Positions 1-13,069 of a stretch of 64,000 nucleotides of DNA are shown here, one piece after another (the first letter of the stretch is position 1; each line of letters starts with the position of its first letter). Below the pieces are notes generated by a model, which saw nothing but the letters and a program-made list of their open reading frames with translations, was not told the DNA's origin and searched no databases. Source of the DNA: Phoronis australis (Eukaryota > Animalia > Phoronida). The stretch is from NCBI GenBank assembly GCA_002633005.1, contig NMRA01000136.1, positions 423,657 through 487,656 on the forward strand, read 5' to 3'. A program made the translations under genes and the position numbers.

Positions 1-1039
1 ATTGTGAAAGCCCCGTATGCTATTTACATATGTGAGCATGCGCATTCCACAGTTCATAGTTTTCTGTACACTTTTCTGATTAACAACATATGGCTGTGAT
101 TATTTGTTTCCGAGATATTTGAAAGTTTACGCAAGTTTTATCTTAGCTGATGCCAAACGTGGTAAGGTGACTGTTGACTAGTTTCTTGAGGAAGTGTTCA
201 TGGACTCAGATAGTGAAAACGAGCTATAATTGGCACTCAAAAGTGACGGTGACAGTGACGGGAAAACTAACACAACAGTCACAAGTAATGCAGATTCTAT
301 TGTTTCGGAGCTCAGTGCAATTTTTGGAGGAGTTACCGGTCCCTAAAGCTGAACTTGGACGGGCCTACGACGATGCTTGGCTCACGCCCTTCAAGCATAA
401 TACAGAGTCTCTGAAACATGATGGAACTCATTCAGAACTAGACATTTTTGTGACTTTGTGACTTTTGCACAGAATAGCTTTGTGTCCCCACCAGTGTTTC
501 AAGTTTTTGCACACCAAGGTGAACTTCAAAACAGACTTTAGCAAGCAACTGCACCAGTCATGAATTTGTAATCGTGCAAAGTTGAGGTATGTTATATACT
601 GTACATTCTTGTTTGTAGATGTGATGTTACAGACAATAAATCTGCTTATTACTAAACGCAATTCTCATGGATTCCCTTTTAAAAATGCTTATTACGGTTT
701 TTGAGAGTCAGCTCTGTTCTCATGTGCGAAAACAGATAAAAACAAAGTGTGCCCAGTTTGAAAGTTTATAGAATTATTTACACCAAGGCTATGGTAAAGA
801 TATGCATATCGTGAAAATTTCAATTGAATTCTGAACAACTTTTGTGCAGACCACTTTTATGTAACGTTGATATTACCTCTTCAAATTTCCAATCTAAAAA
901 TGTTAGGTCATTAATCTGAGTGACCTTCATAACAGCCCAGTGCACGCAGCAGTGGTGACCTACTTAGCTCAGTGCACAGGGAAAGTTGTCTGAATAGAGG
1001 CTTAGCAGGATAAGGGTTAAGATAGCCTCTAAGAGGAGC

Positions 1040-2125
1040 ATAGCAAGTCAGCAATGCCCTCCTCAATAGCAACACACTTGCCAAGCCCATAAAAAATAAA
1101 AACTGGCACTAGGGGGCACAGTGGTAGTCAGATACACCCAAACATCATCTGTTGTCACATTCATATAAGTACACTTGCCAAACTTCAGAAATATCCAGCA
1201 GAGAGAATCAGCTGCAGATGCGAAAAGAGGAAACTGCCAGTAGGGGGCGCCACAGTTGACAAACTGCCCAAAAATCATCAACAATGCTCTTCCCACTAGG
1301 AAACATTTACCAATCTTCATAACAACTCTTAGAAAGCTTTGGCCGATAGAGAGATAGATGCCAAAGACAGACTAAAACGCTATAAAAAACGGCCACTTGG
1401 TGGCATGCATTATATCAAATCCACCCGAAAACGATGTCATCGTCTCTTTAACAGAAATCTAAACACCAAATTTCATAAAAATCCACCCAGGAACTCAAAA
1501 ACTACAGAGATAAGGAAAAAAATTGCCACTAGGGGGCACAGGGTTTCTTGGATCCATCCGAAAATCATCGTCACCTGCACATAAATACACTTGCCAAATT
1601 TTACAAAGATCCTGTAGAGGGTTTAGGAGATATGGCAATGAACAAAAAAACTACCACTAGGAAGAGACACTGTAGACAGAGCCATCCGGAAATCATCACC
1701 AGCCATTCTCTTCCCAGTAGGAACATATCTAATAATTTTCATAATCACCCTTATAGTGGTTTGGCCTATAGAGGGGCGGATGACTCGAAAACAGTAAAAA
1801 TGGCCACTGAGTGGCGCAAAATAGGTAGAATCCATTTGAAAATGTGAAGGTGATGTCACCTTCTTAATACATAACCATTTGCCAAATTTCATAAATATCC
1901 GTTACGGAACACCGAAGCTACAGAGGCAAATTTAAAACACTAGGGGGCACACCAGTAGTTAGATCTGTCCGAAAATTTTTTCATGCCGTCCCATCCATGA
2001 AAGGAAGACGTGAAAATTTCATGAACATACATCAAGAGGTTTTGGAGATACAGTAGTGGACGCCGGATGGACAGACAGAGATGACAACATAATGCGCCAC
2101 ATGTCAATATGTGGGTGCATAATAA
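1040..2125 (+). mobile_element. Non-autonomous Helentron/HINE-like element with internal ~140-bp degenerate repeats
   Basis: About 7 degenerate ~140-bp units, each with a CCACTAGRGGGC-like core, followed by a GGAC/AGAC-like microsatellite (about 2065-2080) and a terminal hairpin ATGCGCCACAT-N6-ATGTGGGTGCAT (2092-2120). This matches the HINE/DINE-1/pearl architecture. The 5' boundary is approximate. Confidence 0.55.
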
Positions 2126-2191
2126 CCAAACTCCTGTTTCAGATTTCTTGACACAGGAAAGAATATTCGCGCTATTTCAAACGGATCTCAC

Positions 2192-2369
2192 CTTTTTGAA
2201 GACGGTGCAAATAAGAGCACTGCGTACTCGGATACCTTGGTTCATGGAGATGTAGAAGTTTTGCTGATAGAACAGTGACTGCGTTACTGTGGAGAAAAGA
2301 AACATGAAGGCAAAGAGGTAGCCCTTCCACTCCTCCATGGCTTTGTCTTGCACGTAGCCAATCAGAAGG
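2192..2369 (-). CDS. ABCC1: ABCC1/MRP1-like, coding exon 9 (TMD1); gene continues beyond the left window edge
   Basis: CAG/GTGAGA, 178 nt, phase 2/0. LLIGYVQDKAMEEWKGYLFAFMFLFSTVTQSLFYQQNFYISMNQGIRVRSALICTVFKK is a typical TMD1 segment (WQGY...G.RIK.A....VYRK). Confidence 0.95.
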
Positions 2370-3808
2370 CTGGAATGAAAAACATGAGCCAATCAGAAGA
2401 CTGGAATGAAAACACAAAAGGTGCTACATCTCATGTCCTAACCAGTAACATTGAATGCTTCTGACCGGTTGGGATTTAAATAGCCAGTAACCACAGCTCC
2501 TGGACTGGGGTATTAGGGAGCAGAGATGGACGCAAGTGATAACAATGTCTATAACTAAACAAAGAATTGCACAGAGCTGGCTATTTTCATCACTGCGGGA
2601 AAAAATGAATCTATTCAACTTTTTCCATCTTTGAATGGCAAAAATCAGTTAAACACAACACAAAAAGAGGAGTTCCTACAATACTGCTCCTTTGTCAAGT
2701 ATTAATTTCTTCCTCTTTAGAAACTCTGGGTCATGATAATAGAAATATAATAACAATAACAATATCAATAATTATAATAATAATATTACGTGGACTAAGT
2801 TTGTGTACCTATCTACACAATAGACCTGATTCATCTTGTAATACCCACAAGAATTCAGTCAGTTTTGAATTGGTGAGTTCCTAATGAAATTGTGATTTGT
2901 AGATTCAAGAAAAAATATTTATTGTTTGAAGACAATGGTAGAACATTGCATCTCTGAAGTTTTACTTCAAGAGGGTGGAACACAAAAACAAGAATGGTGA
3001 TGACATCTGTGCGGAAAAAATGTTCACTGAAAATTTTTATAACTGAATTAATGACATACAATGACAACAATGAGCAGACTTCAGATTCGTGTGTTGCGAA
3101 AGCGATCTAAGAGTATCTTGATGGGGAAATCCAACGATATCTTTTGAGAAAATGTACTAGATATTTGCCTTTGTTGCCTGAACACAAACTTTGTTTAGGC
3201 ATCCTAACTATACTCACTACTGAATCACGAGACAGGAACTCTGGGGACACAAAACAATACTGATACAACTCAACATTTCAAGCAACTGACATCTTTGCTT
3301 CAGAATCCCAGTCCTATTCACCTCAGAATCATTAGATTGATGAATGCCAGTGCACCAGAGACCAACGCTTGGGGTCTTATTTTTTATTCGAAATTGAACT
3401 CGATATTAGTTTTGCCATTGTCTATTCTAATTTTGTGAAAACCCTAAAGAAATGGCTATTAGACTGTGCTTGAGTATGTAACAGCTTTTAAATAGGATTT
3501 TCTAGTCCAAGGTTACACCCATTATCTCAAGATTTCGAGCAACAACATTTGAGTTCAAAATTAAACTTTTAGACTTAACGCTGGGGTTAAAGAGTGCAAA
3601 CTAGGACTAAAAAGATATCCAAGTAAGCCATTATGAACTCGAGCATAGAATAATAGTCCCTTATCTTGACTTCACACAAAAGTTGAACAGGGAATATTAA
3701 AATTATTTCAAATTTAATTTCAAGTAAAATGATAAGACCCCGGACAGTACATGCAGCCCCAATGTATGCAAACTCACATCATGACCTTGAATAACCCCAT
3801 ATACTCAC

Positions 3809-4075
3809 CCCTGAATCATGGGATTGACAAAGGTCAGCACGTCCGAGACAAGCTTACAGCCCCATGCCTGCAATAGACCCCGGCCATAACACTTGGCTAT
3901 GGAGCCAATCAATGACGGCATGTTTGCCTCCTTCCACTTCACCTCCACGTCAGGTGAGACTTCTACAGGTGACTTCAGCAGAGGGGTCTTCTCATTATAC
4001 ACCTGATCATAACTGCCATTTGCCATGGTCGTGGACTTCCGTTGGTACTTTGATTGCTTTACTACTTCCTTTACC
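3809..4075 (-). CDS. ABCC1: ABCC1/MRP1-like, coding exon 8 (end of L0, start of TMD1)
   Basis: TAG/GTGAGT, 267 nt, phase 2/2. Contains PSLIGSIAKCYGRGLLQAWGCKLVSDVLTFVNPMI, like MRP PSLFKVLYKTFG...KAIHDLMMFSGPQIL. Confidence 0.93.
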
Positions 4076-5021
4076 CTAAAAATAAAAGAAATCACTGAAC
4101 ATTGATCTTTTTACGGAAGCAATATATGAACAAGGATTCTGGGACAGCACTCAGCCAAAGCAGCTCCCCTAGTGGACGTAGATAAATGATCTGTAGAATT
4201 CATTAATTATTGTAGTAGTATTTGAAGAAGCCAGCAGTTCAGTTTATCATAGATGCGGTATTCGATATCTACTGCCATGTTTCCAAGCAGACGATCGTCT
4301 ACGTGTTACTTTCTGGATTCCTCGAATCCCTCTGGGATCCACATGCTGAGTCTCACACTCTAATCCATGACAAAGGTCACCAGACCCAGAGAATTCCGTG
4401 AGGTGTGGTTTTTCAGTTACTCCATGTAGAAACAATTCCCAGATGCTAGCTTCAACACTCGTCTATGACAACTACCACACATTTGAACCGAGGCAGATAA
4501 AAGCTAGGAGAACGACTTATCCCACCTCAATCAGCTTTTCAAAATTGTTCATGTCCGTATTGCAACTCAACGTACAAAAGTTAATTTGATTATGGGTCAT
4601 AGCAAACTAATTTTATCGAAAAATCAGGTGATTAGCACCGAGCCCTCAGGATTGTGGGTATATAGTGCAGAATCATAGAGGGCGCTGTGGTGTTCTGGGA
4701 AGTGACTACTGTCATCTTTGATTTTTCAATTGCCCACTACATGGCAACAAAAGATAAAAATCATATCATTCAAGGGTTTTACAAAAGGTGCACTCTAAAG
4801 ACAATGGAGATTGTGAAGTAGAATTTCCCCAATGTTTGTTTTTGGAGAAAATTTGTACAAAATATACTTTTCAGTCGTGTTGCTAAGAAGGTGAACATTA
4901 ATGAGAAGCTGAATGGTCAAGAACTTCAACAGGCCTCGAGAAAATGGAAACATTTCAATTTCTCAAAAAACTTCCTCCGCTATGCGCAATTGCTAATAAC
5001 TCACTTTTTGCAAAGTCCAAA

Positions 5022-5711
5022 GCACACTTTGTTTTACAATGTGAAGTACCAAGTTACACACTTTGTTTTACAATGTGAAGTACCAAGTTGCACACATTTG
5101 TCACAAAATGTGAAGTACCAAGTTGCACACATTTGTCACAAAATGTGAAGTACCAAGTGGCACACTTTGTCATACAACGTGAAGTACCAAGTGGCACACT
5201 TTGTCATACAATGTGAAGTACCAAGTTACACACTTTGTCACACAATGTGAAGTACCAAGTGGCACACTTTGTCATACAATGTGAAGTACCAAGTTACACA
5301 CTTTGTCATACAATGTGAAGTACCAAGTTACACACTTTGTCACACAATGTGAAGTACCAAGTGGCACACTTTGTCACACAATGTGAAGTACCAAGTTGCA
5401 CACATTTGTCACAAAGTGTGAAGTACCAAGTGGCACACTTTGTCATACAATGTGAAGTACCAAGTTACACACTTTGTCACACAATGTGAAGTACCAAGTG
5501 GCACACTTTGTCATACAATGTGAAGTACCAAGTTACACACTTTGTCATACAATGTGAAGTACCAAGTTACACACTTTGTCACACAATGTGAAGTACCAAG
5601 TGGCACACTTTGTCACACAATGTGAAGTACCAAGTTGCACACATTTGTCACCAAATGTGAAGTACCAAGTTGCACACTTTGTCACACAATGTGAAGTACC
5701 AAGTTGCACAC
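5022..5711. repeat. 34-bp minisatellite, about 20 copies, in ABCC intron 7
   Basis: Unit GTGAAGTACCAAGTKRCACACTTTGTCAYACAAT read directly, with a 34-nt period (5041, 5075, ...). Confidence 0.97.
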
Positions 5712-6023
5712 CTCATCTGACAAGTAAACACACGTCACTCATGTCAATAACAGCACTAAAGTAAGCAAACATTAACAACAAATTGAGATTACTCACAATT
5801 TTTTTCAGTGAATTCCATAGAAAGTGGGTGTAATAGATAGACTTTGCAACTGTCTTTATATGTCAATGTTAAGTTTGGTAAAACTGTTGTTCAATTGGGT
5901 GTAATTGGCTTTCAACAATCAGGCGGGAAATCTCAGTACTCTCAAACATACAGCATAAGCCATTAAATTCAAAGGGTTTGGACACTGCCCAAGGTACGCA
6001 TAAGAGCGGCAGCCTTCACTTAC

Positions 6024-6155
6024 TTCCTGTAAGTATCCAACCTTCTGCCCCATTCCAGTTGGAAACCAGGTGCTGAGTTCTTCGACACATCGCGGGGGTT
6101 CAGTTCAAACACATCTTCATCCGTCAATGGTTTCTTGTACCCGGTCAAAACCAGT
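6024..6155 (-). CDS. ABCC1: ABCC1/MRP1-like, coding exon 7 (L0)
   Basis: Not in the ORF track. TAG/GTAAGT, 132 nt, phase 2/2. LVLTGYKKPLTDEDVFELNPRDVSK...W matches GYRQPLEGSDLWSLN. Confidence 0.93.
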
Positions 6156-6399
6156 CTAAGGTAAAGAAAGGATACCAAATGAAAACTATTGGTCTCAGAT
6201 AATCTTAAAACAATGCCACGCCCAGTAGCATTGACACTACATATTTAAGGGTACATTAATTTTTCAGGTTTTCAGTTTGGTGAGATCACCTAAAAGAAAG
6301 AAAAGTGTTTCATAAGTCAGCAGCCTCACTAGTTTGCACAAGCAAAATGGCTGCCACTAAAAAATTGGTCACCAAGTCTGGAATGTTGAATTATGGGAG

Positions 6400-7418
6400 C
6401 CTACATGAATGCAGAAGCTTAGAACGAAGACACGGAAAAAAATGACCAGGAACCAAGAAATATACTTCGATGCTCTTACACACCAAGCTGGAGCAAAGAC
6501 AACATCCCAGCAATAGAGTGTTCCGTACCTGAAATTAGACTCAAAGACACACGGGACAGAATAGAAAAGAGAGCCTTCACATTGGAGCATCTACACAAAA
6601 GCTATCCCCAAAAGGAATGGACATGTGTATACACAGACGGCTCTGCGGTGCGTGCAGTCAGGAACTGAGGAACTGGTGTGTACATCCAATATCCAGAGGC
6701 AAGAGAGGAACAATTGAGCATGGCAACAGGCGTGTACTCGACAAACTACAGAGCTGAGGTAGAAGCTTTGATATTGGCAGCACACCATGTGAAGGACAAT
6801 CCCATACATCCAAACAGGTTGTTTTCCTGACCGATGCGCTATCTGTCCTCCAACCACTGAAGTCTGAAAAACACCCTGAATAAAACGGACTGTCATCTGC
6901 CTTAACCTCCTAGTGCAGAAATCACAATGTGACACTGCAATGGATTCTCTCACATTGTAAATGGAAATGAATTGACAGACACACTTGCAAAGCAAGGAGT
7001 GCAAAAGGAACAGACAAAAAGAGGGGCCAACTACAGTGAAGCCAAGACCATCATCAAGGCTGGGCAGAAAGAAAAATGGAACCACCTGCACCCAAAGTAC
7101 AACAAAACTAACCCATACTATCAGATGTCAAGAAAGTAGCAGGTCATAATTTTTAGGTTGAGGTCTGGCCACAATCGGCTTAGATGTCACAACAAATTCC
7201 GTATTGGCCTATCAGAACTGTGTCCATGCGATACGGACAGCCAGACCACGGAACACATCCTTCAGACATGCCCATTGTATGAGGAAAAGAGGAAAGAATT
7301 GTGGCCGTCCCCACCCTGCTTGACAAGAAACTCTACGGCAGCCTGGATGACCTGCAGAGAATGACAGCATTCATTGGCAGAACAGATTTGACCATTTGGC
7401 AAACGAGAAGAAGAAGAA
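6400..7418 (+). mobile_element. 5'-truncated, decayed non-LTR retrotransposon (RNase H + C-terminal zinc knuckle; I/Ingi/Nimb-like)
   Basis: Disrupted RNase H motifs WTCVYTDGSA, NYRAEVEAL and FLTDALSVLQ, then CPCDTDSQTTEHILQTC. It ends in a (GAA)n tail at about 7405-7421, and is flanked by a perfect 12-bp TSD GAATTATGGGAG (6388-6399 and 7419-7430). Antisense within ABCC intron 6. Confidence 0.9.
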
Positions 7419-7660
7419 GAATTATGGGAGGACACTGTAAGTAAACACACTATTGTTGTTCCATAAGCTAGTATATCTCACTGCAAGTGTCTCGCGTGTG
7501 TCTAGAGTTATGGAACACACCCCTGCACAGCTAAGCTTTACCGCGAGATCAGTCCTAACACTTGGAAAGAGAGCAATCACACCGATCATACAAGAAGACA
7601 GCCTAACACGCTCCATTATTGGAATTCAATGGGTGATTTGATCAGATGATAGAATTAGTG

Positions 7661-7800
7661 GTGATAGGAAGTCTACTTGCCTAGTACCTAGTAGTGTTAA
7701 GCCATGTGATAGGAAATCTTCTTGCCTAGTACCTAGTAGTGTTAAGCCATGTGATAGGAAGTCTACTTGCCTAGTACCTAGTAGTGTTAAGCCATGTGAT
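7661..7800. repeat. 45-bp tandem repeat, 3 copies
   Basis: Unit GTGATAGGAAGTCTACTTGCCTAGTACCTAGTAGTGTTAAGCCAT seen three times. Confidence 0.95.
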
Positions 7801-8055
7801 CTCCACCATTATGTTGTCACAGAATAGGGAGCTTACTCAGAGTTAACAAAGCGTACTGTTAAACCAGACACGTTCTTGGAAACTCTGTTAGAACAGCTTT
7901 CTTATGTGTTTTCCATTAACTACTTTTCATATGTTAACTCTAACATTAATCTCGGAGAAGCAGATGACATTTTGTGTAATGACAGGATTTTGAACCTAAT
8001 CTTCCACGTGAGATTCCGGCGCTCTAACTAATGTGGTGCACATTCTACAAAGTTG

Positions 8056-8158
8056 AACAAGAGCAACGCGGAGCGTTGAAATGCGCCCACAATTGCACTG
8101 CATACGGTATCCTTCTAGGGTTGTTTATTGGTACCATAAAGTGGCCAGTAGAGGGCAT
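8056..8158 (+). mobile_element. 5' end of a HINE-like element, truncated at an assembly N
   Basis: Starts AACAAGAG, has a small hairpin CAACGC-GGA-GCGTTG, then ATGCGCCCACA, which matches the subterminal ATGCGCCACA at 2092. Carries a CTCF-like CCAGTAGAGGGC just before the N at 8159. Confidence 0.4.
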
Positions 8159-8704
8159 NCATTTTCCTCATTTTAGGTAACCACTTTTACTACATTGTGC
8201 GTTCAATTTAATCAGTGTGCACCGACAATGGTTCAGTCCACTGTATGCTTGCTGGGAGTTGAGAAGGATTAAAATTGACCAGATCATAGCTAGTAATAAC
8301 TTTAAAGTGCTTAATAATTTAAAACACCATGTAAAATCTGGTCACTGACAGATAATTTTTGTCATTTTCAATTTTTGACTGGGTCCAAAATGTACAGAAC
8401 TTGAATATTACAAAGCATCATTTTGGCACTATGCATCATTTATGAAAAAAATGAAAACATAAAATTTCACTTGTCTGCTATATTGGTTAGAATTTACCAT
8501 GATACTCCATTATTTGGAATTACAACAACGGCTTTTAAGTGGTGAGGTGAAGCTGTTAAAACAGTTTCACCTCACTGTATCATACAAAACAAAATCTATA
8601 CACATTTCCAACTCTACATGTAATTTCAATAAAATCCTGCCAAAACTTGCCACAAACAACAAAACCTCCATTATCTTACTTGGTGAAATTCAACTGACAC
8701 TCAC

Positions 8705-8766
8705 TTGTTTATCCACCAAAATGTGATGTAGGACAGGAAAGACGCATACACTTCAGGAGACTTGTT
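8705..8766 (-). CDS. ABCC1: ABCC1/MRP1-like, coding exon 6 (L0/lasso)
   Basis: Not in the ORF track. CAG/GTGAGT, 62 nt, phase 0/2. NKSPEVYASFLSYITFWWIN matches the L0 motif PE..ASFLSRITFWW. Confidence 0.93.
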
Positions 8767-9196
8767 CTGAAAAGTAAGAGACTAAGCCTGAAGGTGGAAG
8801 GCTAGCTTAGCGCGCTACCATACCTTCAGTTGAAGTTACAGCTCACAAGTAGCTAAATGTATGGAGTTGTGCTCACGTAATACGGCTATTGCCTTAAGAC
8901 AACGGGTTTTACAGAATGGCAAGTGTTCCATATCTGGATTTGAGGTTGTTGTGATCACAAAAACTGAGCCACGAAATAAGGCAAGGTAACGTTTCTAGTT
9001 TTCTACAGATACCGTGGTCAAAATGGAGATCAGAGGTGTTACTTTTGGCTAAATAAACCACGTCATTCTTATTTTACATTACTTCAAAGTTGGCCATTTT
9101 TGATCCCAACCAGCAGCACTCAATGTAACTTGATTTCGGGAACTTCCTGTTTGAGACCGTTTTCAAAATCATATCAGAACAAGTTTAAAGACTTAC

Positions 9197-9319
9197 CCCG
9201 ATATGCCCGACATCTATGGGCACGTCAGCAAAACAGGACAGGATGAACACGATGAAGACAAGTGCGAAGTGAATGCAGAATGTGACAAATCTAAATTCAT
9301 CCCTAAACGTCCCTCCGTT
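9197..9319 (-). CDS. ABCC1: ABCC1/MRP1-like, coding exon 5 (end of TMD0)
   Basis: CAG/GTAAGT, 123 nt. DEFRFVTFCIHFALVFIVFILSCFAD resembles MRP1 [26 protein letters not shown]. Confidence 0.93.
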
Positions 9320-12300
9320 CTGGAAAACAAAAACAAAACAGTAGTGATGTTTCAAAATAATGAAAGAATACGGACTTACTTTGCAATCCAATAAATAATT
9401 CATTCACACTCCATACATTGCTCAACCAACCACACTTTGTAACCGTTACCTTGGTTTGAGCATTGTTCAAACAACACACAATGAGACACTGAGAAGCTTC
9501 ACTCAAATGCCACGTCAATCTTGTAAGATTTGTTTACACAAACTTCTGCACCATGGAAAGTGTGTAAATCCAAAGAAGCAACTCTATTCTATTCCATCTT
9601 GTGTGACAGTGACATCTGTTGACATTCATGTAAACTAGCAGCACATGGATGAAAACCGCTCCACTGATTTTGCACACACAAAATAATTGCCAAAATGACC
9701 ACTTTTCAAAGACTGATTACCCTTTCGCAAATACTGGGAAATTAAGCAAAAATTTTGTTTTATGACATCTACACACTACAATCCATGCTTGTAATGGACT
9801 AAAATGGTCTTTTTCTTCACTTTTTGCATCGAAGGCAAGACTGCTTGTGTAAATGAAGGACTGCTACTAAACAATACTAATCTTTACATTTGTGTACAAA
9901 TTTAACAAAATTATAATTTCAATCGTCAGCCATATCTCAACCATCACTGTAACTGGTAAATGCAGTATCAAATCCAAGGTTGAATTAGAGGTCAAAAAGA
10001 TACCCCAAGATGATTATCGGAATCAAAATCATTTCAATCTCTTTGAAGAAATATGCACGAAATATTGCCATGCAATGCAAGCAAAGCAAACGATCACACT
10101 ACTGTACTCGCGAATGTCTTGTCTCAGCAGAATCTGCATTGGTTGTAAAATCACTGATTTTTAGAGTGAAACTAAGTATACTGGTGGGCCCACTGTATGT
10201 TCAGTGTATGGACATTCCTTGCACAAAGCAGCAGGTTAATTACTTGGACAGGTACACGTGCATTAACTTACACCAGACTACACTTTTTAATTGCAAAAGC
10301 ATTATATCAGGAACATAAAAATGCGAACCGTCAAAGTAAATTTTTGACCTGTTGAGATTATGAGTAACTTTGCAGCAAGTCTGTATTTAGCAAAATATCG
10401 ACAAAGCCGTAGAATTTAACTCGGCGAAAAACTTTCTGCAAGTAGAAATAGCAAAGAATTTTGATAATAGACCAATCTCTTATCGTTTGTGTCATGGCCC
10501 AAAAAGAGAACAATATGTTCATAACAAAACAATAGCAACAAAAAGACATTTTTTCAAAGAATTTCTCAGATTTTCTTTGTAAAAGTTACATAAGCACAAC
10601 TTGGTTTAGAAAACTCACAGCATTTAGAAGTTTGTTCTAGACTACCGTATCATTGTTATAAATAGTCTAGACGAAAACCCAAAAACACTATCACTTGACT
10701 AATTGCCATTTTGTTAAATTACGTTACAATGAAAATCCATAATTTCGGAAAATCACTGACAAAACAATTCTGATAGCCCTCGTACAAAAGTGAAAATTGA
10801 TTTTAGCTTTTTGGATAACAGTGCGTTAATGGTCAACATTGTACGCACAATCAACAGAGGCGAAAAGGAGACCGATGACCGATGAGGTTGACCGTACCTT
10901 AAGTATTAAGTTTACGAGATGAGTGACATGCTTGAACTTCAAGCCTGTTACTGTAAAAATATGCCATCGTCACAACAAGTCCTCAAATATGAACACTGCC
11001 TTAAAGACTCACGCATTAGGCTAGCATCTTCGAAATTGCATGGTTTTGGGGTTAATGTTGTAGGGTGGAATCCTAGTTTATTTTTGAAGCTGTAAATTAA
11101 AATTCCTGATCTGACCAAAGAAAGCCAGTGGACAGAACAGAGTTTACTGACTATTTCAGTGAGAAGAAACACCCCCACCTCGAAGTTGATTTACTCCAGG
11201 TTGAAGTTCACAAATTCAGCTTGACCTAATTAGTGTGAAGTCTTAAAGGTAATGTAGGACCCTGGAAAAATGTCTAAATTTGGCTGACTTCCGAGCCTCA
11301 TATCTCAGAAATGGCAGATCGGATACATATTTTCATATAATATGCTTCATGTACTAGTCTCCAAAGCACTGATAGGATTTGTTTCTGAATCAATCCATTT
11401 CTGCAAGAGGGGCTATCAAAAATAGGACTTTTAAGTGTTTTTGTGAAACAATTGAAAATTTGCACAAAACGAAGTCAAAACCTAAGAACTGTAACACTAC
11501 TTCTGAGATTTCATGCAGAGCATAGTTTTAAAATTAAATTTGGTTATCTTACTAATACCATTGCTTTGCTAAAATTGTATCTTGCTTTTTAAATTCAATG
11601 ATCCAAACAAAGACAGATTAGTATGAAGTCAAAAATCAAATTCTAAAGGTTTTCTGCATTCAGAAAATATATCCCTTTCTGGAGTTAAATTCCATAGTCT
11701 TGTAGACATTTGGCTCAAGGCACAGGCTTGCGGATAACGTTCAACATAACCTTAAGACAGCTGGGTAAATGTTGCCTGAATGTAAGTTGCACAATCCCAC
11801 AATCTAGTCCCAGTGTTCAAGGGTTATGGTTGGATGAGATAATCTTAAAAGCAAACATTAAGTTGGACTGCACTAATGCGTGCACAACAGCTCAACCAGT
11901 AGTTTCACCACCTATCAAAAGAGAAGTATATGACACAAAAAGCTGAAATAGTTAATTAAAAAGTTATGTGATTTGACATGAAAATCTTGCAAACATACGC
12001 TTTATACAAGATCTTGGTATTATAGTGACTTTCACACAATTTTTAAAAGGTGCATGAACAAGTAATGATTGAAACTCTAAGAGTCACTGGTGTGTGATCT
12101 CTGCAAGAAGCAACACACGGAGATTACTCAATGACTTTTTGTTTTTCACAGGTAAACATAGAAACCCTACTAGGGAGCTCTTAAGTACATTATTTACATA
12201 GCATGCTTGCTTTAAGCAAGAAGTAAGATATTTAATGTCAGTTCCATGCTATAGGATTCCCCCAGGATGGACTGTGAGCCACTCAAATGCCTTGGTGTTG

Positions 12301-13069
12301 AGAAACTCACTGGTATCTACATGGTGATGGTGAAATATAAGTCATCTATTTATCATCTAAATAGACTGAAAATAAGAACAGAGAGCTAATAGCTTGAACA
12401 GGGGAGTTAGTAAGCAAAGATTAATTTATGTTTGACCTATGTTACCGCCTGACTATAGGCTTTACTGTAGTTGGGATCAGTGTCTCACAAGAGACACCCT
12501 CGAGACACCCTTGGGAATTTCAAGTTTCCCAATATGGAGATCTTGAACACACATGCACACACACACATTGCTTGCTGTGTCTTATCAAACATTCACATTA
12601 AAAGCTTTAAATGGGTACTTCCACGATTAAACACTCCAAAATTATGTCTTGAGAAGTTACGTGAACCTTTTTAGACCATTATGAGACAGATGATTAGAAA
12701 GTCATCCCAAAAAACAGAAGCTCAAGACTAGTTCTGTGACATCATTCTCAGGCAATCAACACCATGTCTAATGTGTGTGTGTGTGAGTGCGCAACAGTTC
12801 AATTTTCTTGAAAATCGACCTGTGGACAGCAGTGAAAATATCAGTTGTGTTTGCTTTTCATTTTCTATTGAATTCTGGGATTGACCTAATTCTTGGTCTG
12901 GGAATGATGCAATTGATCCCATAGCTGCAAACAGAGGTCGCTCCAATGCATGTTAGTGAGTTGCATGGCCTGTTAATCCTCCAATGCATTTTATTACCAT
13001 ACGGAACTTACATTTGACAAAAGTACGGAAATATACCCCTAAAAACAGGATCCACCCGCACTTACTTAC

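Noticed and set aside
4247-4465. Possible alternative ABCC exon on the minus strand
   Set aside because: The open frame after the TAG is phase 0 while the flanking exons need phase 2, and the peptide has no ABCC similarity.
5022-5711. 34-bp repeat array resembling a CRISPR array in unit length
   Set aside because: Units are contiguous with no unique spacers, there are no cas genes, and the context is a eukaryotic intron. The same applies to the 42-bp array at 29424-29721.
6591-7091. 166-aa minus-strand ORF
   Set aside because: Antisense shadow of the decayed LINE RNase H region.
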